Virus record (IMG/VR): IMGVR_UViG_3300025018_000093
Reading direction: 5' to 3' (one strand)
DNA: 64,000 bases
Source of the DNA: a virus
Lineage: Duplodnaviria > Caudoviricetes
Below the pieces are notes generated by a model. It was not told where the DNA came from. It was given only the letters and a program-made list of their open reading frames with translations, and did not search any database. Below are positions 17,191-25,499 of the stretch, in pieces; within the stretch, counting starts at the first letter, position 1, and every line of letters starts with the position of its first letter. The position numbers and the translations under genes were made by a program.

Positions 17191-18106
17191 GGTAGGGGTA
17201 CCCTGCGCCCAGGTTCTGGATCAAGTTCTAGCGGAGGTGGGGGTTGATCCGGTACAAAGCCCCTGGCCGCTTACAGGCTCGGCTCCACTGGGTCTATACA
17301 GAATCATTGGGTTTGCCTACCGCAACCAGAGACCCAACATTGAGACCTCCAGGTACACGGGGAAGCGTTCATCCTTGTGCATGGACTTTGGTCGCGGTAT
17401 CTGGGGGCTCACACATAGCGGGGTGGAGAGATCCCGAGAATTAGCCAATGTTGTTCTTCCCAGGCTTCTCTCGGACCTGCACCCGGAAACCAGCGGTGAC
17501 CTTGACCCAGAGTTGATACCCGAGAGGGAGCCCGAGCAGGATACCCGAGATGCTTTGACATGGGTGGTGCTTGAGCTATCTTACCTGGGAGAGATCAAGG
17601 TGATGGATGGCTCCCTTGAGCAAGCTCTCCGTCGTTCCCTGCGCTTGGATGCAAATCATCCTATCTTCATCCCGGCAACTTCCTATTGTCGAAATGACCG
17701 CGTGGTGACCCTCCAGCTCATGGAGGGTTACGTGTTTGTGGGGGCCGGTCTTGATGAGGTGGAGTACTTTACGCTGGAGCGGACAGGTTACGTAAAGCAG
17801 GTCATGTCCGTCATTGGGCCAAACGGGATGCGTGTCTTGCACACAATCCCGAACCGCAATGTTGAGGATATGCAGCGGAAGCTGCGTAGCATGGCAATGC
17901 TGGATGTGAATCCTGGAGATCAGGTGAAGGTAGTTGAGGGGAAGTATGCGGGACTTCTGATGGAAGTTCTTTTCGTTGAGGAAGAGTATGTCATTCTGCA
18001 GACAAGTGGTTTGAGATCCCTCAGCGTGATCACACGCCTGCCAAAGATGTTCATGGCTCTGGATAAGACAGAAGAAGAGATGTGGGAGGGGGAGGATGAA
18101 CTCTGA
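17090..18106 (+). CDS. Mrr_N-like winged helix fused to a NusG-like NGN+KOW module
   Basis: PTAKQFFDPLVKVL...GRGIWGLTHSG (Mrr_N-like); WVVLE, IFIP, LMEGYVFV, PGDQVKVVEGKYAG (NGN/KOW); start 17090 or 17114. Confidence 0.72.
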   Translation: MGKSKDPSMKRPTAKQFFDPLVKVLGRLTDYRAEVGVPCAQVLDQVLAEVGVDPVQSPWPLTGSAPLGLYRIIGFAYRNQRPNIETSRYTGKRSSLCMDFGRGIWGLTHSGVERSRELANVVLPRLLSDLHPETSGDLDPELIPEREPEQDTRDALTWVVLELSYLGEIKVMDGSLEQALRRSLRLDANHPIFIPATSYCRNDRVVTLQLMEGYVFVGAGLDEVEYFTLERTGYVKQVMSVIGPNGMRVLHTIPNRNVEDMQRKLRSMAMLDVNPGDQVKVVEGKYAGLLMEVLFVEEEYVILQTSGLRSLSVITRLPKMFMALDKTEEEMWEGEDEL

Positions 18107-18707
18107 ACTGTGGCCCGGACATCACATGGTGGACCCTTCGGTAATGGACTCTCGATTTTCAACGCAGGATGGAATGCAGTACATGGACTCTATCTTCGAG
18201 GAGACCTCGGAGGAGAGCCAAGAGATGATTGAGAGGATACGGGGTATCCTGGATCTTCTCCCCGCTCGTGAAGCGGACTTCATTGACCTGTACTACTTCA
18301 ACCGGCTCAAGCAGACGGCTATCGCCAGGATTTTTCGTTGCAGCCAGCCGACAGTGTGCTACCGGCTGCAGCGGGCAGCAGCTCGTATCCAATTCCTGCT
18401 GGAGCTTCCAGACGTCAGCTCGGCTTCCGTTGAGGTGGCCATGCGATCCTTCCTCAGCAATGAGGTTGACATCAAGATCATGGTCTTGATGTTTGAGACG
18501 ACATGCCAATCTGAGGCTGCAAAACAGTTGGGTATTAGTCAAGGGAAAGTTCGTCACAGGTTCATGCGGTCCCTGGAAAAGATGCGGGGCGTGGAAGAAC
18601 TGTCTGTGTTTGTTACCCTTTTCAACAAGATATCCGAGAACTTGAATATCCTTCGAGAGGTTTGCCGCTCTTCCACGGAAGAGCCTGTCACTCACATTGT
18701 GGACTAG
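18096..18707 (+). CDS. tandem sigma70 region-4-like HTH protein
   Basis: LDLLPAREADFIDLYYF..KQTAIARIFRCSQPTV and QSEAAKQLGISQGKVRHR; no sigma region 2. Confidence 0.75.
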   Translation: MNSELWPGHHMVDPSVMDSRFSTQDGMQYMDSIFEETSEESQEMIERIRGILDLLPAREADFIDLYYFNRLKQTAIARIFRCSQPTVCYRLQRAAARIQFLLELPDVSSASVEVAMRSFLSNEVDIKIMVLMFETTCQSEAAKQLGISQGKVRHRFMRSLEKMRGVEELSVFVTLFNKISENLNILREVCRSSTEEPVTHIVD

Positions 18708-18783
18708 CCGTGCGTTAGAAATCCTATCAGACCCTCAAGGTAGAGTCGGACTACCCCCGACGCTACTCTGTCTGGTAGAAAAA

Positions 18784-19086
18784 ATGGCAAGACCATCCAT
18801 ACAACGTGTTGTGCTGTCACGGGATCTTGCTCGCAGGTGGCTACAGGATAAGGGGAAGGCGGAGCACCGCCTCCGCATTTTTGGTAGCCAGGTGCGAAAC
18901 CTCCCAGGATTGCTCCGGTCACTACGGGACAGTCGTGTCCGTATTGCGGGGATCGAATCTTTGCCTGATCTCGGTATCCAGGAGGGTTTTGACATCGTAA
19001 CCGTATGGTCCTCCGATTACCGTGCTCTTCGCTCTCTCCAGGCATGGGTAGAGCACAAGGGTATGGAGACGTCAGGAGTCTGGTAA
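18784..19086 (+). CDS. hypothetical protein (first gene of the virion cluster)
   Basis: ATG 18784 downstream of a long hairpin; QRVV..LARRWL motif. Confidence 0.6.
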   Translation: MARPSIQRVVLSRDLARRWLQDKGKAEHRLRIFGSQVRNLPGLLRSLRDSRVRIAGIESLPDLGIQEGFDIVTVWSSDYRALRSLQAWVEHKGMETSGVW

Positions 19087-19087
19087 C

Positions 19088-19516
19088 ATGGCGCTGACCC
19101 GAGTTCAAACAGTTCTGACGTATCAGTCCGGGGGAGGTGGAGTATTCTATCGTTTTGATGTTGTCCAAGATCAACTCGGGAACAGGTCTGTGCGTAACAT
19201 ACGCACTCCCCAAGGGTTGATCGTGGACTCTCTTACAGGTCTTCCGCAGACCGTGGTGAGCGACATCCAGACGGCCCTTGGACAGTTGGGGGACCTCGTG
19301 GCACAGACAAGTGCAGTCAATGGAAATCTCTCCTACACAGGAGAGACTACGCAGTCGGTGGTCTTTGCGACACCTTTCCTGAGCACGAGCTATCGTGTCC
19401 TGGTGAGTGTTGGGGACTTCATCGCTTGGCGGATCGTGAACAAAACCCTCAACGGGTTCGATATCGAATTGGCCAGCACCTACACAGGCGCTATTGGCTA
19501 TGACGTGTTCGTGTGA
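19088..19516 (+). CDS. putative virion protein with C-terminal beta-rich (H-lectin-like) domain
   Basis: SVVFATPFLSTSYRVLV...NKTLNGF. Confidence 0.5.
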   Translation: MALTRVQTVLTYQSGGGGVFYRFDVVQDQLGNRSVRNIRTPQGLIVDSLTGLPQTVVSDIQTALGQLGDLVAQTSAVNGNLSYTGETTQSVVFATPFLSTSYRVLVSVGDFIAWRIVNKTLNGFDIELASTYTGAIGYDVFV

Positions 19517-19524
19517 GGTGATGC

Positions 19525-20733
19525 ATGGCTCAGGGACCGCTACAGATTGATGCTATCCGGGTGGAGCCCGGATTCTTTGGAACTCGCACCATCGACCGGG
19601 ACAGCTCGGGTTCTCTCCGTTTCACGGACCCCGATGTACCAGGTGGAATTACGTTGGCAGGGCTTGCGGGACTCCGGTCAGTGGCCTCCATCCTGGTAGT
19701 GGGGAAAGGGGGTCCCGGTGCACAGTACGACACTCTGCAAGCAGCTGTGGATGCTGTACCACCGACGTCTAGCTTGACGGCGCCCACTCTCATCCTGGTT
19801 GGTCCTGGGTTGTATCAGGAGAATCTGGTCATCGAGAAGGATGGGGTGTGGATTGTAGGGTTGGGGGGTGTGGTCATCGAGGCTGCCGTTGCGGACCCTA
19901 CTCTTACCATCCAAGCATCTGTGACAGTTACTCCTCAGTGGTGTCGTCTCCAGAACCTACGGGTTCTGAATGCTAATGCTGGAGAGTCGTGCGTTTCTGT
20001 GCTAGGTGGCGTGGGAAGTGAGGTAGGTGCCCAGGAGATCAGCCTGATCGACTGTGACTTGGTGGCCAGCGGGGCGAGTTCCATACAGGTTCTGGCAGAC
20101 ACCATCAACAACCTTCGGGTGATGGGTGGGACTTTCGAGGGGAGCGCTTCCACATCTCTTGTGAGGGCGACGAATTGTCATCAGGTTTCCCTGTCTTCCA
20201 TTGAGAAGCTGTTCAATCTGCAACTCGACTACAACACAGCAAATCCCACACCCGATCAGGTGGGGTGCTCCTACACAGCTAAGAACTCCACGCTCTGGGG
20301 AAACATCCTCTCCACCCTCATCGGGACAGGAACTTTGGAGCTGGGGTCGCTGCTGGCGCCGACAACTGCGGGTGACCTGACTGTCAATGGGGATGGCTCT
20401 GGGAGCTTCCGTGCGGCCGGATGCCGGCTTCGGAACCTATCCCTGAATGGTTCTGCCCCCCTCACACTTGCGAGCTGTACACGGGGCTCTGCTGCGGGAT
20501 CTGGCACTCTGGCTGAGGACATCCAAGAGGGTACAGCATCCTTTTCGGCGGCTAGTAGCAAATCCGTAGTCTTCGGAGTACCGCAACCCGATGCCAACTA
20601 CACGGTTCATCCTGAGACAGAGTTGACATCTGTGATCAGCGTCACAAGTAAGACTGCCGCAGGTTTTACGCTGGGTTTCAGTACCCCGCAGACTACCACG
20701 GTGAGCTACAAGATTCTGCGGAGGGCTTTGTAG
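19525..20733 (+). CDS. putative virion spike/fibre protein with pectin-lyase-like beta-helix
   Basis: YDTLQAAVDA...LVGPGLYQENL beta-helix cap; G/S/T/V/N-rich; C-terminal SVVFGVP..NYTV..KTAAGF domain. Confidence 0.6.
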   Translation: MAQGPLQIDAIRVEPGFFGTRTIDRDSSGSLRFTDPDVPGGITLAGLAGLRSVASILVVGKGGPGAQYDTLQAAVDAVPPTSSLTAPTLILVGPGLYQENLVIEKDGVWIVGLGGVVIEAAVADPTLTIQASVTVTPQWCRLQNLRVLNANAGESCVSVLGGVGSEVGAQEISLIDCDLVASGASSIQVLADTINNLRVMGGTFEGSASTSLVRATNCHQVSLSSIEKLFNLQLDYNTANPTPDQVGCSYTAKNSTLWGNILSTLIGTGTLELGSLLAPTTAGDLTVNGDGSGSFRAAGCRLRNLSLNGSAPLTLASCTRGSAAGSGTLAEDIQEGTASFSAASSKSVVFGVPQPDANYTVHPETELTSVISVTSKTAAGFTLGFSTPQTTTVSYKILRRAL

Positions 20734-20734
20734 G

Positions 20735-21625
20735 ATGCTGACGACACAGGAATCAGCTCGAAGAGTTCTGGATCGTTACGTCTTGCGGACAGTTGTGCGC
20801 GGGATCTGCGCTTCAGGGGACTTTCGTACACGCCTATCGTCTTTGCAGGACCTTACTCCAGACGTGATGGAGGCATTCGGAGAGGCCTTCCTTCTTTCGA
20901 TGGTTCGCCCCAGCACAAGGGTTGCTCTTCTTGGAGGGCTCGGCGGGAAAATCAAGAAGCTCTGGGATCTTTTCAAGAAGGCTCCTCAGCTTTGGACGCA
21001 GATTAAAGAGTTCCTGGGTATCCAGGGGTTGACTGACATCCCCAAGCGGATCAAGGAGTGGGCGAAGAAGGGGATGGACGCCTTGAAGAAGGGTCTGCAT
21101 GCAGTGATCGTGCAGAACCCTGTCGCGGCCTTGTATGTTGTTCCGCATAAGAAGATGCCGGGCGTGACGAACATGCTGACCCAGATCAGGAATGCACACC
21201 CTAAGTTGCAAGCTATCCTGGATAAGGTCCACACCAGCATTGTGGATCCCATAGACAAGGTCCTTGCCGAGAGCAAGCTCCTGCGCACGGCAGCTCGCCC
21301 TGTGTTGGCCGCGATTTTCATCTGGGTCTGGCTCCATGTGGTAGAGATATCCTGGGACTTGCACGACTTAGTTCGTGGGTTCACGGGGGCTATTACTTTT
21401 GGGGAACTTCTGCAGTCTCTTCCTGAGTCTGGTGTCGGTTTGCTGCTTTCAGTTTTGTTTCCAGGGCTGGGGACATTCGCGTTACTCCCCCTCACGCTAA
21501 TTGCTCGTGTCCTCTATTTGTTGGCGAAGAAGGTCCTTGTTTGGGTGAAGGGTAAGGGGTTCCTTGTTGACTGGACCAAACTCGGCAAGCCGGAGCAAGG
21601 TCGTGAGCTGGTTCCTGTTTTCTAG
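20735..21625 (+). CDS. hypothetical membrane-associated protein
   Basis: Hydrophobic segments VLAAIFIWVWLHVV and GVGLLLSVLFPGLGTFALLPLTL. Confidence 0.6.
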   Translation: MLTTQESARRVLDRYVLRTVVRGICASGDFRTRLSSLQDLTPDVMEAFGEAFLLSMVRPSTRVALLGGLGGKIKKLWDLFKKAPQLWTQIKEFLGIQGLTDIPKRIKEWAKKGMDALKKGLHAVIVQNPVAALYVVPHKKMPGVTNMLTQIRNAHPKLQAILDKVHTSIVDPIDKVLAESKLLRTAARPVLAAIFIWVWLHVVEISWDLHDLVRGFTGAITFGELLQSLPESGVGLLLSVLFPGLGTFALLPLTLIARVLYLLAKKVLVWVKGKGFLVDWTKLGKPEQGRELVPVF

Positions 21626-21636
21626 GGGAAGTATCG

Positions 21637-22224
21637 ATGAAAGACCTATGGGAACGTGTAGCAGAGGGTGACGCTCTATTTGGAGAGGGCACCACGATTG
21701 ACTCTGCCCTAGGCGAGGACGGTGCCTATCTACGGTTTGCTGCCTCTTTGCCACCAGAGAGGGCCAAGAGGAAGAACATGCGGAACGAAGATTGGCTCGG
21801 AAAAAGGCCAGCAGCAGGAACCCGTGTCGCGTTTGCGGATACACTGGAAGCTATCCTGACTTACCCCGACTTCCCGTCCCCCGGGATTGGAAGCACCAAG
21901 GCAGAGGGCAGCATCATTGCTGTGCGTACCAGTTCCGGCGACACGACCTCCAGAGGTGGCCGTGTCTACGTGCAGTGGGATGATGGAAAGGTACGCGCGG
22001 TTGCGCATGAACACCTTCGTCCTGCCTCGGGTCGTCTTCGCATGGCCAACAGCTTCCGCAGAAAGGTGGCTGGTCTGGGTGACCTTACGGACTTCCTTCG
22101 CAGCAGCGAAACAGACCTGGTGCACAAATCCACAAAGGATCTGTGGAGCCTGCGAAAGGAAGGGGAGCAGTACGTCATCGAGCGTATGTTCGATGCCAGC
22201 GGGGATCCCCTGAAGGGAGTCTAA
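21637..22224 (+). CDS. hypothetical (probable head-associated) protein
   Basis: 195-aa ORF in the head cluster; SH3-like VYVQWDDG. Confidence 0.6.
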   Translation: MKDLWERVAEGDALFGEGTTIDSALGEDGAYLRFAASLPPERAKRKNMRNEDWLGKRPAAGTRVAFADTLEAILTYPDFPSPGIGSTKAEGSIIAVRTSSGDTTSRGGRVYVQWDDGKVRAVAHEHLRPASGRLRMANSFRRKVAGLGDLTDFLRSSETDLVHKSTKDLWSLRKEGEQYVIERMFDASGDPLKGV

Positions 22225-22225
22225 C

Positions 22226-22831
22226 ATGAAGAAGCCTGATGCCAGAAAAGTGATTGCGGCATACTTGGCGGGTTTGACTTCCGTTGAGGGACTTTGGCAC
22301 CTCAATCGAGGACACCTAGCGCTGCAAGAGTTGCAACGCCGTCCGAAGACAGCAGGAGAAGTCCGTCACGTCAAGGACAACTCGGGGGATGCATCCACCT
22401 GGGCGTACTCTACGCACAATCCTGTTGACCGAGAGATGGACCCCAAGTTTGACTGGGATCCTCGGATGGCGGAGGACCTGGCTTTGGTTTTGCGCTCCAC
22501 CGTGGCTTCAATGGGTCACGCGATCAGCGCACAGAACAAGTTTGCGCAGATCAAATCTCGTAACGTGAGTCCAGATGGTCGTCTTGGGGGGCGTGGGTAT
22601 GTCCAGCGTGTGGCTGACATGCGGCGTCAATACTTCAACATCGTGGAGGCGCTCTCCTCTTTGCAAGACACCCTGTATGATGAAGTGCACGCTCCGCACT
22701 GGGCTATTTTCAGTCGCGAGATGGATGAGGACACACAGGAAGTTCTGGAGCAGACAGACGACATGCGAAAGGATCCTAGCGGGTGGGCCGACGAGGAGCT
22801 TGACGAGGATCTTGAGGAGGAGTTGGCCTGA
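22226..22831 (+). CDS. hypothetical (probable head-associated) protein
   Basis: 201-aa ORF; KTA motif, acidic tail. Confidence 0.6.
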   Translation: MKKPDARKVIAAYLAGLTSVEGLWHLNRGHLALQELQRRPKTAGEVRHVKDNSGDASTWAYSTHNPVDREMDPKFDWDPRMAEDLALVLRSTVASMGHAISAQNKFAQIKSRNVSPDGRLGGRGYVQRVADMRRQYFNIVEALSSLQDTLYDEVHAPHWAIFSREMDEDTQEVLEQTDDMRKDPSGWADEELDEDLEEELA

Positions 22832-24903
22832 TGTCCAAGCACAAGAAAAGAAGTGGCGACGCCTCTCGTCTCCCCAGTGATGACTTCACCTGGACTGAGG
22901 GCAATAGCTTTGGTCTGGATACCTTCCTGTTCGACATGGAAGACGGAGAGGGTGTGGCGCAATCCGCCAGGTTACCCCAAACCAAGGGGTACTCTCGTCT
23001 TCCCGGTACGGAGCAGGTTGAGGAAAGCTCTTTTAGTTCCGTTCCCCTGGGACCTTCCGTTTACACGCATGCCCCGGGGAAGAAGCACGGAAAGAGGCAT
23101 GGGAGTGAGTTTGACGGGGAGGACCGCCTTGGTATTCGAGGATTGTTTGCTGCGGATGCGCATGCGGATGAGTCTGTTCGCCTCCCAGCGTTGGATTGGC
23201 TAGAGCTGGAGACGGACCAGGAGAAGCAGGATCCCGCAAGACTCCCTAAGAATCCCGTGGACAGGTCTATCCGGGAGCTGGAGGAGGCATGGGGTGTTCG
23301 CCATCGCACAGATGGTGTGGTCACCTATGACGAGAATGTCCAAATGGCGGGTGACTTCCGCTTGGGTGAGAACAACCTCGACCTGGACGCGGCTCGCTAT
23401 GCACGTTCGATGGAGGTGGACCCTGCGGAGAAGCATCGTTTCACGGCATCCGACTTGAAGGTGGTTGTCGCGGAGGCGATGCGAAGGTCCGCAGCTGGCT
23501 ATCCTATCCGGGAGGTTCTTCTCCACACGGCTCGTTTGCTTGAAGATGAGGCATACCGGGTCAAGGAGTCCATGCAGGCTCTCGTATCGGAGCATGGACT
23601 TGCAGGAAACGTCTACGTGCGTGCCTCTGCATACCCAGGATGCCACAACGGGGAGTGGACGGAGCATGTGAATAAGCATGCGAAGTCTGCCCGTTATGTG
23701 ATGGCCGCAGAGAAGTGTGCGGATTGTTCGCACAATCGCCAAGGTTCCTGCGCACTACTTCAACGGCGTTTGGTTTCCAGTGTGCCTTGGGAGGAAGCTC
23801 GGGACGTCTACCTACCACGGTTCCTGGCAGAGGGTGTCAAGGTTGCTTCTAAGGGGGATCCCAAGGAAGCCTTGCGCAAGGCCTTTCAATCCAAGGCTGT
23901 CAAGAAAAGTCCGGACACGTATTTCCCCTCAGAGAACTCTTCCGGGGAGGAGAGGCTGGACGCAAAGCTCAAGTCTGCTCGTGACCAGCAAGCTTTCGTT
24001 GGGATACAGGACGTCAAACTCCGACAGCAGGCTCGTCGCCGGGATAAGCTCGCAGCCTATCTAGGCAAGCTCAAGGCAGCGGGTCTCCTGACTGCAAAGG
24101 AAGCTAAGACTCTTCTCCGTGAAGGCGGGGAGATGGAGGATATCAAGTCGACGGTGACCGCCTTGATTGCCCGAAAGGACATTAAGAGTGGGTCTCACGA
24201 CACAGGGGAGCGCGCGACCTACATTGGGCAACCGAAAGAGGTGGTGCGAAAGCTCACGGCTCACGAGAAGGATATCCATAAGATTGCCAAAAAAGCAGGT
24301 GTTCGCCCTGCTGAGGTAAATGGGATGATTCGCTGGGTTCGCGAGGAATTGAATGCAGGGTGGATGGGAAGAGAGCTGGATGGCCTCCTCCGGGCTCGTT
24401 TTGCAAAGCCTCTCCTCAAGGCAGCCAGCGGTATGATTCAGAACCTTCGTGATCAGCACGAAGGACTGGCTGGGCAGCTCTACATTGATGCTGCTACTTA
24501 CGGGGACAAGAGGGGTGTGAAGGGGTGTGAAGAGGGTGCTTTGAAGCACCGCACCAATGACATCCCCTATGTGCTGCGGATGGCCGCGTGCGATTCGTGT
24601 GTGCACTGCAACCAGCATGAAAAGTGCAACAAGTATGGCAAGGAGCTGGTGTCCCTGGAGGACTTCAACAGTAAGGACTTGCGGTCCTACCAGCAGGAGT
24701 CCATCCGCATGGCGGATGCTCCAGACGCCGAGAAGACAGCTTCCATTTTCGCTCCTGTGGAGGATCCTGCGTCGGAGTGGGGGTTGCGCAACGATAACTT
24801 GGAGAACTTTTCCTACTACGGGGAAGAGGAAGATCCAGACGAGATTGGTGATCTTGGCAGCATCGCTTTCAGTGGTATGGACTTGCCAGAGGAGTGGGGT
24901 TGA
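22831..24903 (+). CDS. large hypothetical protein with two repeated Cys-cluster domains
   Basis: GLAGNVY...CADC..N.GSC and GLAGQLY...CDSC..N.HEKC repeats. Confidence 0.65.
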   Translation: MSKHKKRSGDASRLPSDDFTWTEGNSFGLDTFLFDMEDGEGVAQSARLPQTKGYSRLPGTEQVEESSFSSVPLGPSVYTHAPGKKHGKRHGSEFDGEDRLGIRGLFAADAHADESVRLPALDWLELETDQEKQDPARLPKNPVDRSIRELEEAWGVRHRTDGVVTYDENVQMAGDFRLGENNLDLDAARYARSMEVDPAEKHRFTASDLKVVVAEAMRRSAAGYPIREVLLHTARLLEDEAYRVKESMQALVSEHGLAGNVYVRASAYPGCHNGEWTEHVNKHAKSARYVMAAEKCADCSHNRQGSCALLQRRLVSSVPWEEARDVYLPRFLAEGVKVASKGDPKEALRKAFQSKAVKKSPDTYFPSENSSGEERLDAKLKSARDQQAFVGIQDVKLRQQARRRDKLAAYLGKLKAAGLLTAKEAKTLLREGGEMEDIKSTVTALIARKDIKSGSHDTGERATYIGQPKEVVRKLTAHEKDIHKIAKKAGVRPAEVNGMIRWVREELNAGWMGRELDGLLRARFAKPLLKAASGMIQNLRDQHEGLAGQLYIDAATYGDKRGVKGCEEGALKHRTNDIPYVLRMAACDSCVHCNQHEKCNKYGKELVSLEDFNSKDLRSYQQESIRMADAPDAEKTASIFAPVEDPASEWGLRNDNLENFSYYGEEEDPDEIGDLGSIAFSGMDLPEEWG

Positions 24904-24908
24904 GCAGT

Positions 24909-25499
24909 ATGCTAAAGCACACAGATCAGCAGAAATCACTTCTCCGGGAGGTGCTTACGGATATGCTTTCTCTCCTGCAGGCACAGCGATGGAACTACCA
25001 GACGTCGCACTGGCAGAGCCAGGGAGAGCCCTTCTATGGTGACCACCTCATGTTCCAGCGTCTCTATGAGAGTCTGGATGCGGACATCGATGGTTTGGCC
25101 GAGAAGATCCTCGGGCTTCTGGTGATGCCCGGGGATGATGCCTATCCCTTTGACAACACCACGCAAGCTACGAAGCTCTCCCAATGGCTGGAGAGTTGGA
25201 ACGTCTTTGACTGCCCCTACAAGCGTTCTCTCCAGAGCGAGCGCGACATGCAGACACTTTGGGCGAGGGGCTACGAGGTCTTGAAAGACACGGGGTCTCT
25301 GTCCTTGGGGTTAGATGACTGGGTGATGAGCACTGCGAGTGCCCATGAGACCAACCTGTATCTTCTCCAGCAGCGCATGCATGCGCAGGATCACATGCGC
25401 AAGGCGTCTCAGGACTTGACCCGAGCTTGGTATCTCAAGCCGTCTTCCAGTCGTCGTGGGCGAGAGTTCCATGCGGCGGAAGATAAGGAGTCTGATTGA
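24909..25499 (+). CDS. Dps/ferritin-like protein
   Basis: HWQSQGEPFYGDHLMFQRLYESLDADIDGLAEK keeps the Dps HW-x10-H...D-x3-E ferroxidase pattern. Confidence 0.75.
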   Translation: MLKHTDQQKSLLREVLTDMLSLLQAQRWNYQTSHWQSQGEPFYGDHLMFQRLYESLDADIDGLAEKILGLLVMPGDDAYPFDNTTQATKLSQWLESWNVFDCPYKRSLQSERDMQTLWARGYEVLKDTGSLSLGLDDWVMSTASAHETNLYLLQQRMHAQDHMRKASQDLTRAWYLKPSSSRRGREFHAAEDKESD

